DNA of 64,000 nt from Nitrospiraceae bacterium (GTDB lineage Bacteria > Nitrospirota > Nitrospiria > Nitrospirales > Nitrospiraceae). How positions within the stretch are numbered: the stretch's first letter is position 1; each line of letters begins with the position of its first letter. The notes beneath the pieces are model-generated. The model had not been told where the DNA came from and did not search any database. It saw only the letters and a list, made by a program, of their open reading frames with translations. Shown here in pieces: positions 27,763 to 35,756 of this stretch. Position numbers and translations under genes: made by a program. The stretch spans positions 20,086 to 84,085 of the forward strand of contig JBGTCI010000002.1 in assembly GCA_041748925.1 (NCBI GenBank), in the 5' to 3' direction.

Positions 27763-27868
27763 GTCTGTCTCGTCTATCTGGTCTATTCGGTCTGTCTCGT
27801 CTGTTTGGTTGAACGAAACAAACCAGATGAACCAGAAAGACCAGATAGACCGAACAGACCAGACAGAC
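27763..27868. repeat. N9 nonamer-arm hairpin, copy 6
   Basis: Shares the exact 30-mer GGTCTATTCGGTCTGTCTCGTCTGTTTGGT with copy 1. Right arm CCAGATGAACCAGAAAGACCAGATAGACCGAACAGACCAGACAGAC. Lies between the copA stop and the htrA start. Confidence 0.9.
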
Positions 27869-27914
27869 TGACGGTAAACGACTGTAGCCTAGCATGCGTG
27901 CGTCGGAGGCGCAC

Positions 27915-30455
27915 TTACAATTCCACATGACGCAGGCGAAGGGCGTTGGAGATGACGGACACGGAACTGAAGGTCATGGCGGCGCTGGCGATCATGGGGC
28001 TCAAGAGCATTCCCCAGACCGGATAGAGCACGCCGGCCGCGATCGGCACTCCAATTACGTTATAGAGAAAAGCGAACAAGAGATTTTGCCGAATATTCCG
28101 CATCGTGGCTTGACTCAGCCTCCGCGCCCGGAGCAGCCCGCGCAGATCTCCTTTCACCAGCGTGATCCCCGCGCTCGCAATAGCCGTGTCCGCTCCCGTT
28201 CCCATGGCGACCCCGACATGGGCCAACGCAAGGGCTGGGGCATCGTTCACGCCGTCCCCGGCCATCGCAACCACTCGGCCTTCCGACTTGAGACGGGCGA
28301 TGATCTGTCCCTTTTGGTCTGGAAGGACTCCAGCCATGACTTCCTCGATGCCAAGTTGCCGGGCCACGGCCTCTGCCGTATCGCGATGATCTCCCGTCAC
28401 CATGACGATGCGGATACCCTCGCCCTTGAGCTCCTGCACCGCGTCATGAGTAGAGGCTTTGATCGGATCTGCCACGCCAAGTAAGCCCGCGATCTGTTCA
28501 TCAATGGCGACAAACAGGATCGTCTGCCCTTCATGACGAAGCGAGACCGCTTGTTCGTCCAACGGCGTGAGGGTCTGGAGGGATACCCTAACATCATTTT
28601 GCAAGAACGCAGCCGTCCCGATGGCGACACGACGACCAGCGACCGTCCCGGTCACACCTTTCCCTGTCACTGATCCAAACTGCTCGACCGGAGCGAACGT
28701 GATCCCTCGCTCTTTTGCTCCCGCTACCACCGCCGCAGCCAGGGGATGTTCGCTGCTCCGCTCTAGACTTGCAGCAAAGCGCAACAGTTCGACCTCCGAC
28801 CATGATGAAACGGCCAGCATCGACAGCAGTTTCGGTTTGCCCTCGGTGAGGGTCCCGGTCTTATCAACCACCAACGTATCCACCTTGCCGAATACCTCCA
28901 GCGCTTCGGCCTTCTTCACCAAGACACCGGTCGTCGCTCCGCGACCAGTCCCGACCATGATCGACATCGGAGTGGCCAATCCCAACGCACAGGGACAGGC
29001 GATAATAAGCACCGCCACGGCGTTGACCAGCGCATAGGCCAACTTCGGCTCCGGCCCCCAGATCGCCCAAGCCACCGCCGTCATCAACGCTGCAGCCACA
29101 ACCAGCGGGACAAAATACGCCGCAGTCACATCGGCGAGACGCTGGATCGGCGCCCGACTCCGTTGCGCCTCACTGACCATCTGCACGATCCGAGCAAGCA
29201 TTGTGTCTCGCCCGACCCGTTCAGCGACCATCACAATCCCGCCCGTGCCGTTGATGGTTCCCCCGGTCACCTGTACCCCGACTGCTTTCTCGACCGGGAT
29301 CGACTCCCCCGTAATCATGGATTCATCCACTGCGGTCGTGCCTTCTTGGACGATCCCATCGACCGGTACCCGCTCTCCAGGCCTGACACGCAATCGATGG
29401 CCGACTTGAATATGCTCCAGCGGCACATCTTCTTCCCGTCCATCCGGCTTGATCAGCCGGGCTGCCTTTGGTGCAAGTTTGAGCAAGGCGCGAATCGCGG
29501 AACTCGTCTGACTCCGAGCCCTCAACTCAAGAACCTGGCCGAGCAGGACGAGCACCGTAATCACCGCCGCAGCCTCAAAATAGACCGCGATCGAGCCATC
29601 ATGCAGTCGGAATGAACTGGGAAGCAGCGTCGGCGCAATGGTGACAACAGTGCTGTAGCTATAGGCCGCGCCCGTTCCCATGGCAATGAGCGTGAACATG
29701 TTGGGAGCCCGGTTCACCACCGAGGTCCAGCCTCGCTGGAAAAACGGCCAGCCGCCCCAGAGCACCACCGGCGTCGCCAACAGCCATTGCGCCCAGTTCC
29801 CCGTCGAACCGGTGAGTATCTGCGGAAGCGAGAAGCCGGGAATCATCTCGGCCATGGCCAAAAGCATGACCAAGAGCGAAGGCCCGAGACAAATCCAAAA
29901 CCGCCTGGTCATGTCCTCGAGTTCGGGGTTCCGTTCATCTTCGAGCGAGACGACTTTGGGCTCCAGCGCCATCCCACAAATCCGGCAGGCTCCTGGTTGT
30001 GTCTCAAGCACCTCCGGGTCCATCGGACAGATGTACTCGACCACTCCACCGGATGGAACCGGCATGACGCGAGGAGCGCGCTGCTCAGCGGGCGTCAGAT
30101 AGTAGATCGGGTCGTTCCGAAACTTGGTGAGGCAACTCGTCGCACAGAAATGGTAGGTCTTCCCTTGATACTCATAGGAACCGGCTGCCGTGGGCGGTTG
30201 CACCGTCATTCCGCACACGGGATCGATCACCGCAGCCTCCGTCGCAGCGGGGGCAGGCTGCATCATCGTAAGGGGCTTTCGTGTGGTCGGCTTAGCGGGA
30301 GTGACTGACTGTGGCTGCAACGCCCGCTCCGGATCGGCTTTGAATCGTTCCAGACAGGACAGGCCGCAAAAGTAGTAGCGCTGGCCTCGATGATCGTGAC
30401 TTCCGGCCGCCGTAGCCGGATCGACCGTCATTCCGCAGATAGGATCGATCGCCAT
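27915..30455 (-). CDS. copA: Cu(I)-translocating P1B-type ATPase
   Basis: 846 aa with DKTGTLT, CPC (TM6), YN....P (TM7) and M..SS (TM8), the P1B-1 signature. The N-terminus has two TRASH/YHS-type modules (ICGMTV...FCGLSC, VCGMTV...FCATSC) and a CPMDPE...CRICGM module. No ferredoxin-fold HMA (GMTCxxC) module was seen. Confidence 0.9.
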   Translation of the reverse strand: MAIDPICGMTVDPATAAGSHDHRGQRYYFCGLSCLERFKADPERALQPQSVTPAKPTTRKPLTMMQPAPAATEAAVIDPVCGMTVQPPTAAGSYEYQGKTYHFCATSCLTKFRNDPIYYLTPAEQRAPRVMPVPSGGVVEYICPMDPEVLETQPGACRICGMALEPKVVSLEDERNPELEDMTRRFWICLGPSLLVMLLAMAEMIPGFSLPQILTGSTGNWAQWLLATPVVLWGGWPFFQRGWTSVVNRAPNMFTLIAMGTGAAYSYSTVVTIAPTLLPSSFRLHDGSIAVYFEAAAVITVLVLLGQVLELRARSQTSSAIRALLKLAPKAARLIKPDGREEDVPLEHIQVGHRLRVRPGERVPVDGIVQEGTTAVDESMITGESIPVEKAVGVQVTGGTINGTGGIVMVAERVGRDTMLARIVQMVSEAQRSRAPIQRLADVTAAYFVPLVVAAALMTAVAWAIWGPEPKLAYALVNAVAVLIIACPCALGLATPMSIMVGTGRGATTGVLVKKAEALEVFGKVDTLVVDKTGTLTEGKPKLLSMLAVSSWSEVELLRFAASLERSSEHPLAAAVVAGAKERGITFAPVEQFGSVTGKGVTGTVAGRRVAIGTAAFLQNDVRVSLQTLTPLDEQAVSLRHEGQTILFVAIDEQIAGLLGVADPIKASTHDAVQELKGEGIRIVMVTGDHRDTAEAVARQLGIEEVMAGVLPDQKGQIIARLKSEGRVVAMAGDGVNDAPALALAHVGVAMGTGADTAIASAGITLVKGDLRGLLRARRLSQATMRNIRQNLLFAFLYNVIGVPIAAGVLYPVWGMLLSPMIASAAMTFSSVSVISNALRLRHVEL

Positions 30456-30467
30456 CTCTCCTCAGAA

Positions 30468-30536
30468 GGAGTGCTGAGTGTAACGTTCTGGGTCCTGAGT
30501 GTTCGGACTCACCGTAACGCAATACTCAGCACTCAG
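30468..30536 (-). repeat. Heptamer-arm hairpin (GAGTGCT type) between the dsbA-like gene and copA
   Basis: GGAGTGCTGAGTGTAACGTT...CGTAACGCAATACTCAGCACTCAG. On the transcript it lies between the DsbA-like stop and the copA SD (GGAGA). Confidence 0.75.
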
Positions 30537-30547
30537 AATTTACGAGT

Positions 30548-31198
30548 TTATTTTTTTGCATCGGCATCCAGAATACTCTGGATGATCAACTTGAGATTCT
30601 CCGGGTCGATACTCTCCGCCTTAATATTCCCGTCGATGAGCACAGTTGGAGTGGACTTAAGTTGGATGCGCTCGCCCCACTTGCGCCCCTCTTCAAATAT
30701 CTTGGCCGGCTTCCCGCTGGCCATTCCTTCCTCAAACGCTTTCGGATCGAGCCCGACTTCCTTGATCAGACCTTCTCGTAGCGAGCGATCCAGCACTCCG
30801 GTGATGTTGTCCTTATGGATGGTGCGAAAGAGGACGGCTTTCATTTCATTCCCCTTTCCCATCATCTTCGCTTGTTCATACATATCGAATGCCGTCGGCA
30901 ACTTGCCAGGGATCACCGGGAACCCTACCATCGTGGTCTCAAGCTTTTTCCCGAATTCTTTCTCAAGAAACGCCAGCGCTTCTTCATCGAACCGGTGACA
31001 GTGCGGGCAATAGAAGTCGGCGAATTCAATCAACTTCACTTTGCCGGGCGTATGTGTGGAGACCTCACCCTGCAGGATTTCGAACTTGCCCTTCAATTCG
31101 GAAACAGCAGCGAGAGCTGGTACTCCCCAGAGGACCACGACACTCCAGACAATCGCATAGACCGCCAAGGCCCATTGCGCATAGTGTCTATTCGCCAT
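30548..31198 (-). CDS. DsbA-family thiol:disulfide oxidoreductase
   Basis: 216 aa with an N-terminal TM or signal anchor and a thioredoxin-fold CPHC active site (FADFYCPHCHRF). Confidence 0.85.
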   Translation of the reverse strand: MANRHYAQWALAVYAIVWSVVVLWGVPALAAVSELKGKFEILQGEVSTHTPGKVKLIEFADFYCPHCHRFDEEALAFLEKEFGKKLETTMVGFPVIPGKLPTAFDMYEQAKMMGKGNEMKAVLFRTIHKDNITGVLDRSLREGLIKEVGLDPKAFEEGMASGKPAKIFEEGRKWGERIQLKSTPTVLIDGNIKAESIDPENLKLIIQSILDADAKK

Positions 31199-31219
31199 TT
31201 CAACTCCTTTCTTGAGTCA

Positions 31220-31233
31220 ATACTGATCAGTAT
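31220..31233. promoter_or_regulatory. Perfect 14-bp palindrome in the divergent dsbA-copA / slp control region
   Basis: ATACTGATCAGTAT is identical to its reverse complement. Lies 22 nt upstream of the dsbA-like start. Confidence 0.35.
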
Positions 31234-31282
31234 ATCGAATACGCCGCGAACTTACTCGCCTGCTCTTTGTTATACTGCAAGC

Positions 31283-31816
31283 ATGTTGTCAGGTATGGTC
31301 TCAACCATCGTCGTCTTGTTCGTCATGCTCACTGGCTGTGCCTCGAGGCAAGAGGCAGAGAACAGTCAGACAGTCACCTTCGCTCAAGTCAAGGCGGCCC
31401 CGGATTCCTTCACCGGTCAATCAACAGTCCTTGGCGGAAAAGTTTTGACTGCCCGGCGACTAAAAGACAGCACGAGGATCGAGATCTTACAATTGCCGCT
31501 CGATCAATCGCTGCGTCCCGGACATGACTTGACCCAGTCACAAGGCCGTTTTATCGCTCTGCAGCGAGAATTTCTCGATCCCGCGACCATCCCACCTGGG
31601 AGCAGAGTCACCGTGACAGGCGTGGTATCCGGCTCCATCACACTACCATTGGATGAGACGGACTATACGTATCCCGTCATCGATATCAAGCGTGTGCAAG
31701 TTTGGGGCGGATCGGAAGACATGGCACGTCGTACCCCCCCCAACTATTATATGGGGGCAGGTCCCTATTGGGGACCTTATTGGGGTCCTTACTGGCGTCC
31801 CTGGCCCTACTGGTAA
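31283..31816 (+). CDS. Slp-family outer-membrane lipoprotein with aromatic repeat tail
   Basis: Start at ATG 31283, because the track ORF upstream is antisense to the dsbA-like gene. Lipobox LTG-C. Slp-like core (FTGQ.V.LGG.V......D.T.IEILQLPLD). C-terminus GPYWGPYWGPYWRPWPYW. Confidence 0.8.
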   Translation: MLSGMVSTIVVLFVMLTGCASRQEAENSQTVTFAQVKAAPDSFTGQSTVLGGKVLTARRLKDSTRIEILQLPLDQSLRPGHDLTQSQGRFIALQREFLDPATIPPGSRVTVTGVVSGSITLPLDETDYTYPVIDIKRVQVWGGSEDMARRTPPNYYMGAGPYWGPYWGPYWRPWPYW

Positions 31817-31894
31817 GCGAGACGAGCACACCTCCAATTCTGCTCTCTCCGAAACATGCTCGCAAGCCGCACCCTGCTCGCACGTCTCGAGTAT

Positions 31895-32959
31895 TCACCG
31901 ACCCGAGGACCCGACGATCCGTGTGACACGATCGTCGCGCCCTCCGAGGCTGAGATATTTCTGATAGTGGGCCAGCGCTTTCGGCATATCTTTCCGATGC
32001 AACTCATAGAACACACCTAAGTTGTAGTGCGCTTCGGCATAGTTCGGCTTCAATGCGACGGCGCGCTCATAGGACAGCTCCGCCTCGTCAAGTCTATTCA
32101 GCTCGGTATAGATGACACCCAGGTTCATATGCGCTTCGGCATACGCCGGGCGGTACCGCACGACCTCAAGAAACTCCTGCGCCGCCTCCAAGAGCCTGCC
32201 TTGACTCCGATGAATAAATGCGAGGTTATAGTGCGCGTCCACGAATGAAGGGTTCGCTGCGATGGCCTGTCTGTACGAAGAGGCGGCTTCATCGAGAGCG
32301 TTGTTCTTCTCCGCCACTCGCCCGGCGAGGTACCAGGCATCGGCATTTTTGGGATCGAGCTTGAGCAGCCGGCCCACCGTCTCTCGCGCCCCGCGACTAT
32401 CTCCCTGCGCCTCGTACAACAATGCGAGATTGTACAGGCCTTCACGGTGGTTCGGATGGACGGCCAGCAAGGCTTGATAGGTCTTGGTGGCCGAGGCGAC
32501 ATCACGACGTTGCTCGTACAGCTTGGCTAAGTCGAAATACGAGTCGGCATGGCGAGGATCGATTTCAATCGCCCGCTTCAGTGCCTGCTCCGCTTCGGCC
32601 GACTTTCCTCGAATCCGATTGACCTGCGCCAAATCGTTCAAGGCATCGGGATAGGCCGGCTTCAGCTTAAGCGCATGAGTAAAAGCATCGGCGGCCTGAG
32701 CCGGCTTCTTCTCCTTGAAATAGATCACCCCGAGCAGATGGTGCGCTTCAGCTGAGGAGGGATTCAATTCAATGGCTTTCTTGGCAGCGTCGGATGCCGC
32801 GGCAAGATCGCCTTTTTTCAGTAAGGCAGCACCTCGCTCGTAGTAACGCTGTGCCTCGTCCGATTGCTCAGCCGCCGCCAGGATCGGGACAAGAGGAGAA
32901 ACTAGAGCCAGGCACAGGGCAAATAACACAACGACGCTATGCCTGAGAAGGCTATTCAT
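31895..32959 (-). CDS. Secreted tetratricopeptide (TPR) repeat protein
   Basis: Start placed at MNSLLRH (32959), where the signal peptide begins. About 8 consecutive 34-aa TPR units (A.A...LG..Y.......A...Y..AL...P). Confidence 0.85.
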   Translation of the reverse strand: MNSLLRHSVVVLFALCLALVSPLVPILAAAEQSDEAQRYYERGAALLKKGDLAAASDAAKKAIELNPSSAEAHHLLGVIYFKEKKPAQAADAFTHALKLKPAYPDALNDLAQVNRIRGKSAEAEQALKRAIEIDPRHADSYFDLAKLYEQRRDVASATKTYQALLAVHPNHREGLYNLALLYEAQGDSRGARETVGRLLKLDPKNADAWYLAGRVAEKNNALDEAASSYRQAIAANPSFVDAHYNLAFIHRSQGRLLEAAQEFLEVVRYRPAYAEAHMNLGVIYTELNRLDEAELSYERAVALKPNYAEAHYNLGVFYELHRKDMPKALAHYQKYLSLGGRDDRVTRIVGSSGR

Positions 32960-33161
32960 TATCAGCCGACGCCTTTCCACACCAACAACAGTCCCGCAAA
33001 CTATAGACGGCAGCAACCATGAAATCAACGACGCGCGCAACAACGTGAGATCAGTGCGCCAGAGACGCTCACAGGGTGAGTAGTAGATAAGACGGGGGAG
33101 CCATCATCTTTGGCGGGAGTCGGATGCTGCGTGGCAAGACTTGATTCAATTTTTCAGGTTG

Positions 33162-33392
33162 TCATGACCAACCGTACGCGTTGAGTTCCTGAGCACGATG
33201 ACGTTTCCGAGCCGGAGTGAATTCATCGTAGTGCTCGTTCAAAAAGGCGCCGAATACTCTGAGTTTTGAGAGAACCGGTGCCTTGCGGCCTCGCCAATCG
33301 TTCGGCGAGTGAACAAGCTCCCAGCGACCATTGAGGATTTCAGGCACTTCGTCTTTCGGATTACCCCATTCACCGACACACTTTGCGCACAA
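33162..33392 (-). CDS. Hypothetical small protein (possibly the 3' part of a frameshifted gene)
   Basis: 76-aa ORF in a visibly lower-GC patch. Its frame stays open a further 15 codons upstream of the ATG and overlaps the end of ORF 33410-33799. Confidence 0.35.
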   Translation of the reverse strand: MCAKCVGEWGNPKDEVPEILNGRWELVHSPNDWRGRKAPVLSKLRVFGAFLNEHYDEFTPARKRHRAQELNAYGWS

Positions 33393-33409
33393 GTGACTCT
33401 CGAACTCAG

Positions 33410-33799
33410 TCAGCCAGACCTCGCCGTGGGTGATTCCAACGACTGCTGTGCGAACCTACCGTCAAGCGACGGTTCATTTTGCTCGGCCCATGCCAGGAGC
33501 AAAGGTGTTAGGCGTCGAATGCATACTTCATTCGCCGCCAGCCCAGCATCTGGTGATTCGAAGTATGCGCCGCGATAGCCGCTTTCGGAATTGAAGAAGA
33601 GGTCAAATGTCGATGTAGGGACGCGAAGATTGAAGATGACTCTCGAAAAGCCAGCCATGTCGTCACAGCTCTGTATGTGACAACAGAGCACTTCCATGTC
33701 GCGAACGACGATTTCGACGACCTCGGTGAACGCGCTTTCTCGAAGAAGTGCGTCGATTCGCTTGTCGCCAACTATTGAGCTGAAATGCCACGCACTCAT
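33410..33799 (-). CDS. Hypothetical protein (orphan, lower-GC patch)
   Basis: 129-aa ORF with no recognised domain and an AT-rich upstream region. Confidence 0.4.
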   Translation of the reverse strand: MSAWHFSSIVGDKRIDALLRESAFTEVVEIVVRDMEVLCCHIQSCDDMAGFSRVIFNLRVPTSTFDLFFNSESGYRGAYFESPDAGLAANEVCIRRLTPLLLAWAEQNEPSLDGRFAQQSLESPTARSG

Positions 33800-33886
33800 A
33801 TAGGGACCAATGCTTGTGACTTTAACCTTAGATGTAACTGAACATTATGAACCAACGCGGGCCATGACAACAGAAAGCCATTCTCG

Positions 33887-34011
33887 CAGGATGCTCAAAA
33901 TGTCATCCCAGCAAGGCCGCAGGGAGCTCGGCGACTGAAGCGTACCCTTGCGGTACGTTGCAGGGAGACGGGCGACTGAGAACGATGCTGGGGGACATTT
34001 TCAGCATCCTG
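33887..34011 (-). repeat. P125 element, copy C
   Basis: CAGGATGCTCAAAATG...GAAGCGTACCC-ttgc-GGTACGTTGCAGG...CATTTTCAGCATCCTG, 125 nt. Directly abuts stop 34012 (TAG|CAGGATGCTGAAAA on the minus strand). Confidence 0.9.
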
Positions 34012-34776
34012 CTAAGAGCGTCGATTCGAACCAGTGATCGCCTGCTTAAACACCGCGCGGAGGCCGAAGTAGGCGACGGAATCTTTGAGGTTGGAATAGA
34101 GACGCTTGAAGGTTCCCATGTCCGGGTTGGTAACATATTCCATCGTCAAGGCGATCCGTTCTTCTCCCTCGCCAAGGGGAGTCACCGAATGCCACAGCTT
34201 ATCTCCATTGAAAATCACGAGATCGCCCGGTTGTGTAATGAGTTCCAGATGCCGCGGGGCTTTTACAGGATCATCCTTAAACAGCTCGCAGACCAGTTTG
34301 CATTGTGTCGACTTATCAACGAGCCCCATCAGAATGGTGTAGCGAGCCCCTTTATAGTAGGACGTGTCATAGTGAAACCCGATATGATCCCCCGGCTCCG
34401 TATAGTAATAGAGCGCACAGGAGTGGGGATCGTTCTCAGGGCATTGACTGAGTTTGGCCTGCACCAGTCGGCTCAAGAAATCGATAAAGGCGCCGGATCG
34501 ATAGAGATCGAGAAAGCGCGGGGCCTTCTCCATTACCGTGTAGTAGCTCACGCTCCCGCCCTTTTTATGGCCGGGAATGTAGTTGCGATTCAGCTCGCTC
34601 TTCACCCCTTGTGCCTGCGGGACGAGATGCTCTTCCACCACCGATCGTGAGAGAAACTGTGGGATAACTAGGAACTCGTTCTGGTCCCAATACTCACGGG
34701 AGAGTCGGTCGAAATCCAACCGCTTGACTGCGTCTTCAACCGCTTCAACCAAAGAGCCGACCATGGCTTGATTCAT
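34012..34776 (-). CDS. Fe(II)/2-oxoglutarate-dependent oxygenase superfamily protein
   Basis: 254 aa with an HxD...H facial triad candidate (GFHYD ... LWHSV) in a jelly-roll-like context. Exact family uncertain. Confidence 0.6.
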   Translation of the reverse strand: MNQAMVGSLVEAVEDAVKRLDFDRLSREYWDQNEFLVIPQFLSRSVVEEHLVPQAQGVKSELNRNYIPGHKKGGSVSYYTVMEKAPRFLDLYRSGAFIDFLSRLVQAKLSQCPENDPHSCALYYYTEPGDHIGFHYDTSYYKGARYTILMGLVDKSTQCKLVCELFKDDPVKAPRHLELITQPGDLVIFNGDKLWHSVTPLGEGEERIALTMEYVTNPDMGTFKRLYSNLKDSVAYFGLRAVFKQAITGSNRRS

Positions 34777-34803
34777 ACCTTCACCTATTCATCAATCGTC
34801 CGG

Positions 34804-34823
34804 CAGGATGCTGAAAAAGTCCC
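34804..34823 (+). repeat. P125 terminal fragment
   Basis: CAGGATGCTGAAAAAGTCCC only. No matching right end nearby. Confidence 0.6.
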
Positions 34824-34832
34824 ACTTAAGAA

Positions 34833-34922
34833 CTGTGAAAAGTAAAATGTAAAAGGTGAAACGTAGCACCGTCAAATGCTCTTCCTCTGAAACCTTTCAC
34901 GCTTTACCTTTCACTTATCACG
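34833..34922 (-). repeat. Heptamer-arm hairpin (GTGAAA/TTTCAC type) between lolA and the oxygenase gene
   Basis: Plus strand reads CTGTGAAAAGTAAAATGTAAAAGGTGAAACGT ... AACCTTTCACGCTTTACCTTTCACTTATCAC. On the minus-strand transcript the GTGAAA arm comes first, as in the two plus-strand copies. Confidence 0.75.
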
Positions 34923-34938
34923 GATCGCTGGGTCGCAT

Positions 34939-35628
34939 TCACTGCGGAGCGCTGAACACCGGAGCCTTTACGACTTCCACATCCGGCGGCAATTTGAGAT
35001 CGAAGAGTGAGTCGCCAAGACCGGTGTTGGGTTGAAGCGACGAAAATTCAAAGTTCGAGACATTGCCGCTGACTTCATGGAGAGAGAGAGTGCGAATGAA
35101 ATAGGTTTTCGGAAACACTTCAAGCACGATTCGTTGTAACGATCTCCCCGCCTCACCTTCACGCGACTTAGGCAGGAGCGTGAGTAACCGGATTCCTCCC
35201 ACGCCACGCCCCTTCCCGGGCGTCGGCTCAATGTCGAACGACTCCTCCAACTTCGCCGCCCCCAGTAACAGCTCCAACGGGGCCTTGGAGGCTGCCATTT
35301 GTGTCAGCTTCCCCACCAGTACTTGCTTGTGCTCCGGTACATACACTTTAACATCATCTCGATTGACATAGATGTCCTCGACTGAAGGATCGAGATAATT
35401 CCACCGCAACCGGCCTGGCTTCTTGATATAGACCTTCCCCGAGGACGCAATAGACCGTTCGAAACCCTCGATCACGGTCTTCTGCGTAAAATCTGCCTGG
35501 AGATCTTTCGTTTTCTCATACCGCGCCTGGAGCTGCTTGACCACCTCCCGCACTTCCTGCAACGCTTTCTCATCACTCTCTTCGGCGCCAAGAAACGACA
35601 CAGGTAAGAGGACCCACAGACACACCAT
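34939..35628 (-). CDS. lolA: Outer-membrane lipoprotein carrier protein LolA
   Basis: Start set at MVCLWVLLPVSFLG (35628). ADFTQ......F.R...S.G.VYIKKPG.LRW.Y..P is typical of LolA. The track's upstream extension translates repeat T5. Confidence 0.85.
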   Translation of the reverse strand: MVCLWVLLPVSFLGAEESDEKALQEVREVVKQLQARYEKTKDLQADFTQKTVIEGFERSIASSGKVYIKKPGRLRWNYLDPSVEDIYVNRDDVKVYVPEHKQVLVGKLTQMAASKAPLELLLGAAKLEESFDIEPTPGKGRGVGGIRLLTLLPKSREGEAGRSLQRIVLEVFPKTYFIRTLSLHEVSGNVSNFEFSSLQPNTGLGDSLFDLKLPPDVEVVKAPVFSAPQ

Positions 35629-35667
35629 TGCAAGTCCCACTCTGGGCAGACCAGATGGGGTGGCTAA

Positions 35668-35730
35668 GGTACGCGCTATTCTGCGCGTCCAGCGAGGGCC
35701 TTCGGAGGCCGCGCGATGTGTGAGCACCGG
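35668..35730. repeat. T-family element, copy T5 (short)
   Basis: GGTACGCGCTATTCTGCGCGTCCAGCGAGGGCCTTCGGAGGCCGCGCGATGTGTGAGCAC, in the ftsK-lolA spacer. Confidence 0.75.
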
Positions 35731-35756
35731 GAGCGCCTTCGTCACCCCATGCCCCC

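Noticed and set aside
30815-31282. N-terminal 156 codons of track ORF 30815-31816.
   Set aside because: They are antisense to the well-supported DsbA-like CDS. The Slp homology and lipoprotein signal peptide begin at ATG 31283.
34018-34036. GGTTCGAATC, a tRNA T-loop-like string on the minus strand.
   Set aside because: No complementary T-stem, acceptor stem or anticodon arm surrounds it. It lies inside the 3' end of CDS 34012-34776.
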